64,000 nucleotides of DNA, taken from positions 1 to 64,000 of the forward strand of contig CAZCRK010000004.1 in assembly GCA_964501035.1 (NCBI GenBank), written 5' to 3'. The notes below the pieces were generated by a model. The model ran no database searches. It worked only from the letters and a program-made list of their open reading frames with translations, and had not been told where the DNA came from. Made by a program: the position numbers and the translations under genes. Shown one piece after another: positions 60,380 to 64,000 of this stretch (its first letter is position 1; the number at the start of each line of letters is the position of its first letter).

Positions 60380-61586
60380 TGGATTCTCCAGCTGAAATTA
60401 CTTCGGTTTGAATATTGCCATCAAGAATTTGTATATCTAATTTATCCTTTACTTTAACATTATGAATGGATGAAAGAATATTACCTTTGGAATCGGTAAC
60501 CATGGCATACCCACGTTTAAACACTTCTTTGGGATTTAAATTCATTAAATTTCGTAAAAATGATTGAACTTTATCATTATTAAAATCAAGATACTTCTGT
60601 ATGGTTGAAATATACATGCGTTCAAGGTAATCTATGGTTTCAATTTGGGATTGTAAAAATAAATTTGGTTGATGAAATCCATGACGATGCAACAGGTTTT
60701 CGATTATTTCAAACCGTTTAAAAATGTATGTATTTGAAAATGCTTGAAATTTATCTTCTATTTCATCTAAATATTGTATTAATTCATGCTTTTGTGGGAC
60801 AGCAATTTCAGCACCCGCTGATGGGGTTGGAGCCCTATGGTCTGAAACAAAATCTGCTATCGTAAAATCTGTTTCATGTCCTACTGCAGAAATTACAGGG
60901 ATATTTGATTCAAAAATTGTTCGTGCTAATAATTCATCATTAAAACACCATAAATCCTCCATTGAACCACCACCACGTCCAACAATAATTGTATCGACTT
61001 TATCATAATCGTTCAAAGCTTTAATTGCACTCACAATTTCTGCTGAGGCATCCACTCCCTGTACAGATGTTGGACTTAAAACAAGCTCAACATGAGGTGC
61101 TCTACGAGAGCATACATGAATAATATCTCTTAATACAGATCCACTTGATGAAGTGACTATCCCTATTTTTTTAGGAAATTTTGGAATTATTTTTTTATGT
61201 GATAAGTCAAATAATCCCTCAGCTTCTAATTTTTCTTTCAATTTATTGAATTTTAGCCAAAGTTCACCTTCACCAACAGGGTACATATTTTCAACATTAA
61301 TTTGATAATTTCCTCGAGGAACATAGATGGATATACACCCATGGATAATAACTTTTTTACCTGTGGATGGAATGAAATTTAAATTCTTTGAATTAAAATT
61401 GAGCATTACTGCTGAAATTTGACTTGCATTATCTTTCAAAGTAAAATAAATATGACCTGATGGATATTTCTTAAATCCAGAAATTTCACCTTCAATCCAA
61501 ACATGTGAAAACTGGCTATCAAGTTTATGTTTTACTTGGTTGTTAATTTGAGAAACAGAAAGTATGTTGGGTTTAATACTATTCAT
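60366..61586 (-). CDS. xseA: Exodeoxyribonuclease VII large subunit
   Basis: GEIS..SGHIYFTLKD; GRGGGS.EDL..FN; GHETD; APTPS. Confidence 0.96.
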   Translation of the reverse strand: MNSIKPNILSVSQINNQVKHKLDSQFSHVWIEGEISGFKKYPSGHIYFTLKDNASQISAVMLNFNSKNLNFIPSTGKKVIIHGCISIYVPRGNYQINVENMYPVGEGELWLKFNKLKEKLEAEGLFDLSHKKIIPKFPKKIGIVTSSSGSVLRDIIHVCSRRAPHVELVLSPTSVQGVDASAEIVSAIKALNDYDKVDTIIVGRGGGSMEDLWCFNDELLARTIFESNIPVISAVGHETDFTIADFVSDHRAPTPSAGAEIAVPQKHELIQYLDEIEDKFQAFSNTYIFKRFEIIENLLHRHGFHQPNLFLQSQIETIDYLERMYISTIQKYLDFNNDKVQSFLRNLMNLNPKEVFKRGYAMVTDSKGNILSSIHNVKVKDKLDIQILDGNIQTEVISAGESNDKQ

Positions 61587-61601
61587 AGATAGAAAAGAAT
61601 A

Positions 61602-61631
61602 TAGCCGTACATTACTGGGAATATACGGCTA
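61602..61631 (-). terminator. Intrinsic terminator after the HU/bS22-like genes
   Basis: TAGCCGTA...TACGGCTA stem followed by TATTCTTTTCT on the minus strand. Confidence 0.65.
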
Positions 61632-61669
61632 AATTTCGACTATATTTCATCGGATTTACCGACTAAAAT

Positions 61670-61765
61670 TTATTTATTTTTTTTCTTATGACGATTTGCA
61701 CGTAAACGTTTTTTTCGTTTATGTGTATTCATCTTTCTTTTTTTGCGTTTTTTCCCGCAGGGCAT
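61670..61765 (-). CDS. 31-aa basic peptide, 30S ribosomal protein bS22/AURKAIP1-COX24-like; not in the ORF track
   Basis: Manual translation MPCGKKRKKRKMNTHKRKKRLRANRHKKKNK; AGGAG RBS upstream. Confidence 0.88.
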   Translation of the reverse strand: MPCGKKRKKRKMNTHKRKKRLRANRHKKKNK

Positions 61766-61775
61766 ATAGCTCTCC

Positions 61776-62069
61776 TTAAAATCCTCTTAATAATGATTTG
61801 TTTACAACTTCTTTCAATAATTTTGATACCTTAAAACTAGGGACAAATCGTTCTTTCAATCTAACTACTTCACGAGTAGCAGGGTTTCGAGCGTCGCGTG
61901 CTGGTTTTTGCTTAACACTAAAACTTCCAAATCCTCTAATATCAACTCTTTCACCACGCTTTAGAGCATCTACAATACTTTGTAAAATACCTTCTAGCAC
62001 AGCTTCAGTTTCTACTTTAGTCAAACCTGTTGCAGTTGACACTTGATTTATAATATCAGCTTTTGTCAT
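61776..62069 (-). CDS. HU/IHF-family DNA-binding protein
   Basis: MTKADII; RGFGSF; ARNPAT; true start at 62069 rather than 62153. Confidence 0.95.
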   Translation of the reverse strand: MTKADIINQVSTATGLTKVETEAVLEGILQSIVDALKRGERVDIRGFGSFSVKQKPARDARNPATREVVRLKERFVPSFKVSKLLKEVVNKSLLRGF

Positions 62070-62070
62070 A

Positions 62071-62943
62071 TTATTTACCCGCGTAATATAATCTAAATTG
62101 GGGTATTGGATATAACAGGAAATTTGAAAAAGATGTTGATAGTTCTGAATCACCCAAAAAGTACTTGAGTAAGCCTGAATCAGGTTCTTCTGGGTATATT
62201 AGTTTTGGAACATCATAAATGTTTGCCATTTTCTTAATCATTTCAATGGCATCTTCAAAAGTACCAATACCATCTATCAATTTGTTTTGAACTGCCATTT
62301 CTCCAGTAAATATCTCACCGGTTGCTAAGCGTTTTACATAATCAATATCTAAATTTCGTTCGACTGCAACTGTCTGTATGAATTGGTCATACATGTTATC
62401 AACAACAGCTTGAAAGTATTCTGTATCTTCTTTAGTTGTTTCTCTAAATGTGGATCCTGCATCTTTTAATGCTCCACTCTTAATCGTTTCATATTGTAAA
62501 CCAATTTTGTCTATCAAATCTTTTGCAACAGGATAACTCATAACTACACCAATAGAGCCAGTAATAGAACCTGAATTCGCAATAATTGAATCTGCACCAA
62601 TAGCAATATAATAGCCACCTGAGGCAGCGACCCCTCCAATTGATGCAACTACAGGAATTTTAAACTGATTTCTTACTGATTTAACCTTTTCAAAAATCTC
62701 TTGACTGGCTGCCACACCCCCACCAGGAGTATTTAAACGAACAATTAAAGCATTAACTTCTTTCTCTTTCACTAAATAGTTGATATCTTCTATAATTGTT
62801 TTAGATTCCATAATTGGCATAGAAATTTCAATAACACCTATTGAAGATGATGTATTTAAGAATCCAAATGAAGAAATCTTGGTCGCTAGTATTATAACAA
62901 CGAGGATTCCTAAAATAATATACGATTTATTTCGTTTATGCAT
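62071..62943 (-). CDS. sppA: Signal peptide peptidase (36K type)
   Basis: NTPGG; AASGGYY; TGSIGV; KSG..KD. Confidence 0.93.
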   Translation of the reverse strand: MHKRNKSYIILGILVVIILATKISSFGFLNTSSSIGVIEISMPIMESKTIIEDINYLVKEKEVNALIVRLNTPGGGVAASQEIFEKVKSVRNQFKIPVVASIGGVAASGGYYIAIGADSIIANSGSITGSIGVVMSYPVAKDLIDKIGLQYETIKSGALKDAGSTFRETTKEDTEYFQAVVDNMYDQFIQTVAVERNLDIDYVKRLATGEIFTGEMAVQNKLIDGIGTFEDAIEMIKKMANIYDVPKLIYPEEPDSGLLKYFLGDSELSTSFSNFLLYPIPQFRLYYAGK

Positions 62944-64000
62944 TTGTCCAAATTTTTAATTTTTGCCCTACATATATCCTATTACCACGAAGTCCATTCC
63001 ACTTTTTAACTTTTGAAACTGATGTTCTATATTTCATTGCAATTTCACTTAATGTATCTCCATATTTAACCGTGTGGTAAATTTTTTGAGCTTGAGAATT
63101 TGTCATAGATGATTTTCTATATTGCGCATACCCTTCAGTAGGTATTTTCAGTTTTTGACCTGGCCGAATATACCGTGCATTGTTTAATTTATTAATACTC
63201 ACAATATCTTTAACGCGAACTCCATATTTTTGGGCAATTAACCAAAGACTTTCACCCCGTCTTACTCTATGGTCAACAAAAATAATTTCTTCAACTTTTT
63301 CTACTTCAATATTTTGATATAATGAATCAAATAGTGGACTTGCAGTTGTTGGTAGCCTAAAAGCATAGGTTTCATTTTCTTTTAAGGGTGGTAGTGTACC
63401 CTGTCTAAGTTCGGGATTGAATTGTTGTAATTCTTTAATCTTTACTCCTGAAATTTGCGAAATAGTTTCCAAACTTACAGCTTTATCTAAATTCTTAACT
63501 TCCCATTTCATTTGTGGTTCAGAGATAACACCAAATCCATATTTTGCAGGATTTGTTGCTATAAATATTGCAGCCATGATATTCGGAACATAGTTCCTTG
63601 TCTGTGCTGGCAATCTAGTCAACTTCCAGTAATCACGTGTCCCCTGCCGTTTAATGACACGCCTTACTCTACCTTCACCACAATTATAAGCGGCAAATGC
63701 TAAATACCAATCATCAAACTCTTTATACAAATCTTTTAAATATCGTGCTGCAGATCTTGTAGATTTTTCAAAGTCACATCGTTCGTCAACCCACCAATTT
63801 TTCTTCAAACCATAATTTTTTCCTGTAGATGAAATAAATTGCCAAAGCCCAGAAGCATGTGCATACGAATATGCATTTGGATTCAATCCACTCTCTATCA
63901 TGGCTAGATAAAATAACTCAGGAGGAACACCTTCATCTTCAAGTATTGGTAATACAATGGCTTTATATTTATCCATCCTTCGAATCCAATTTTCGACACT
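62936..64000 (-). CDS. MltD-like lytic transglycosylase with two LysM domains (5' end outside the window)
   Basis: IES; GLWQF; AAYNCGEG; HRVRRGESLW and HTVKYGDTL LysM motifs. Confidence 0.92.
   Translation of the reverse strand, partial: SVENWIRRMDKYKAIVLPILEDEGVPPELFYLAMIESGLNPNAYSYAHASGLWQFISSTGKNYGLKKNWWVDERCDFEKSTRSAARYLKDLYKEFDDWYLAFAAYNCGEGRVRRVIKRQGTRDYWKLTRLPAQTRNYVPNIMAAIFIATNPAKYGFGVISEPQMKWEVKNLDKAVSLETISQISGVKIKELQQFNPELRQGTLPPLKENETYAFRLPTTASPLFDSLYQNIEVEKVEEIIFVDHRVRRGESLWLIAQKYGVRVKDIVSINKLNNARYIRPGQKLKIPTEGYAQYRKSSMTNSQAQKIYHTVKYGDTLSEIAMKYRTSVSKVKKWNGLRGNRIYVGQKLKIWTNA

Noticed and set aside
61776..62153. N-terminally extended 125-aa HU
   Set aside because: The extension overlaps sppA; the canonical MTKADII start is at 62069.
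1052..63703. Many short antisense or alternative-frame ORFs (e.g. 1052-1423, 11488-11817, 13593-13964, 55266-56141, 57132-58337, 61798-62046)
   Set aside because: They are shadows of well-supported genes on the other strand or frame and carry no independent motifs.
1..64000. CRISPR array, integrase/transposase, rRNA, recognisable riboswitch, or recoded stop codons
   Set aside because: No regularly spaced repeats or mobility motifs were seen; intergenic gaps are short; genes end normally at TAA, TAG and TGA.

Overview
AT-rich, gene-dense bacterial chromosome segment read with the standard genetic code. Most genes are on the minus strand. There is one 100-N scaffold gap at 20340-20439. Gene content (Bacteroidota-type parCE, a bS22-like peptide, a DUF4837-like lipoprotein, a dockerin-bearing secreted protein) suggests an FCB-group organism such as Ca. 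Marinimicrobia; this is inference only. Most of the window is housekeeping: gpsA, purM, purE, accA, lgt, lepA, smc, folBK, lepB, ggt, rnhB, parCE, murQ, dut, nadK, xseAB, HU, sppA. I found no CRISPR array, integrase, transposase or rRNA. The strongest candidate for an undescribed system lies beside tRNA-Leu(CAA), at about 5.3-9.87 kb. It has an Arc-type regulator preceded by a 10-bp-phased repeat array, an ICMT/PEMT-family membrane methyltransferase, and a possible AfsA-like hotdog protein. These are followed by a multi-pass membrane class III nucleotidyl cyclase with non-canonical, guanylyl-cyclase-like specificity residues, a translationally coupled alpha/beta hydrolase and a secreted MORN-repeat protein. 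The layout resembles a 'make-sense-destroy' small-molecule signalling circuit, or a cyclic-nucleotide defence module. Other points of interest are a Cys-rich secreted mosaic protein (Kazal, thyroglobulin type-1, LNR-like, dockerin), an RNase HII-YraN fusion downstream of an AbrB/pseudobarrel-like protein and a long hairpin, several apparent pseudo-enzymes, and three CDSs missing from the ORF track. All family assignments are motif recognition by eye; no searches were run.
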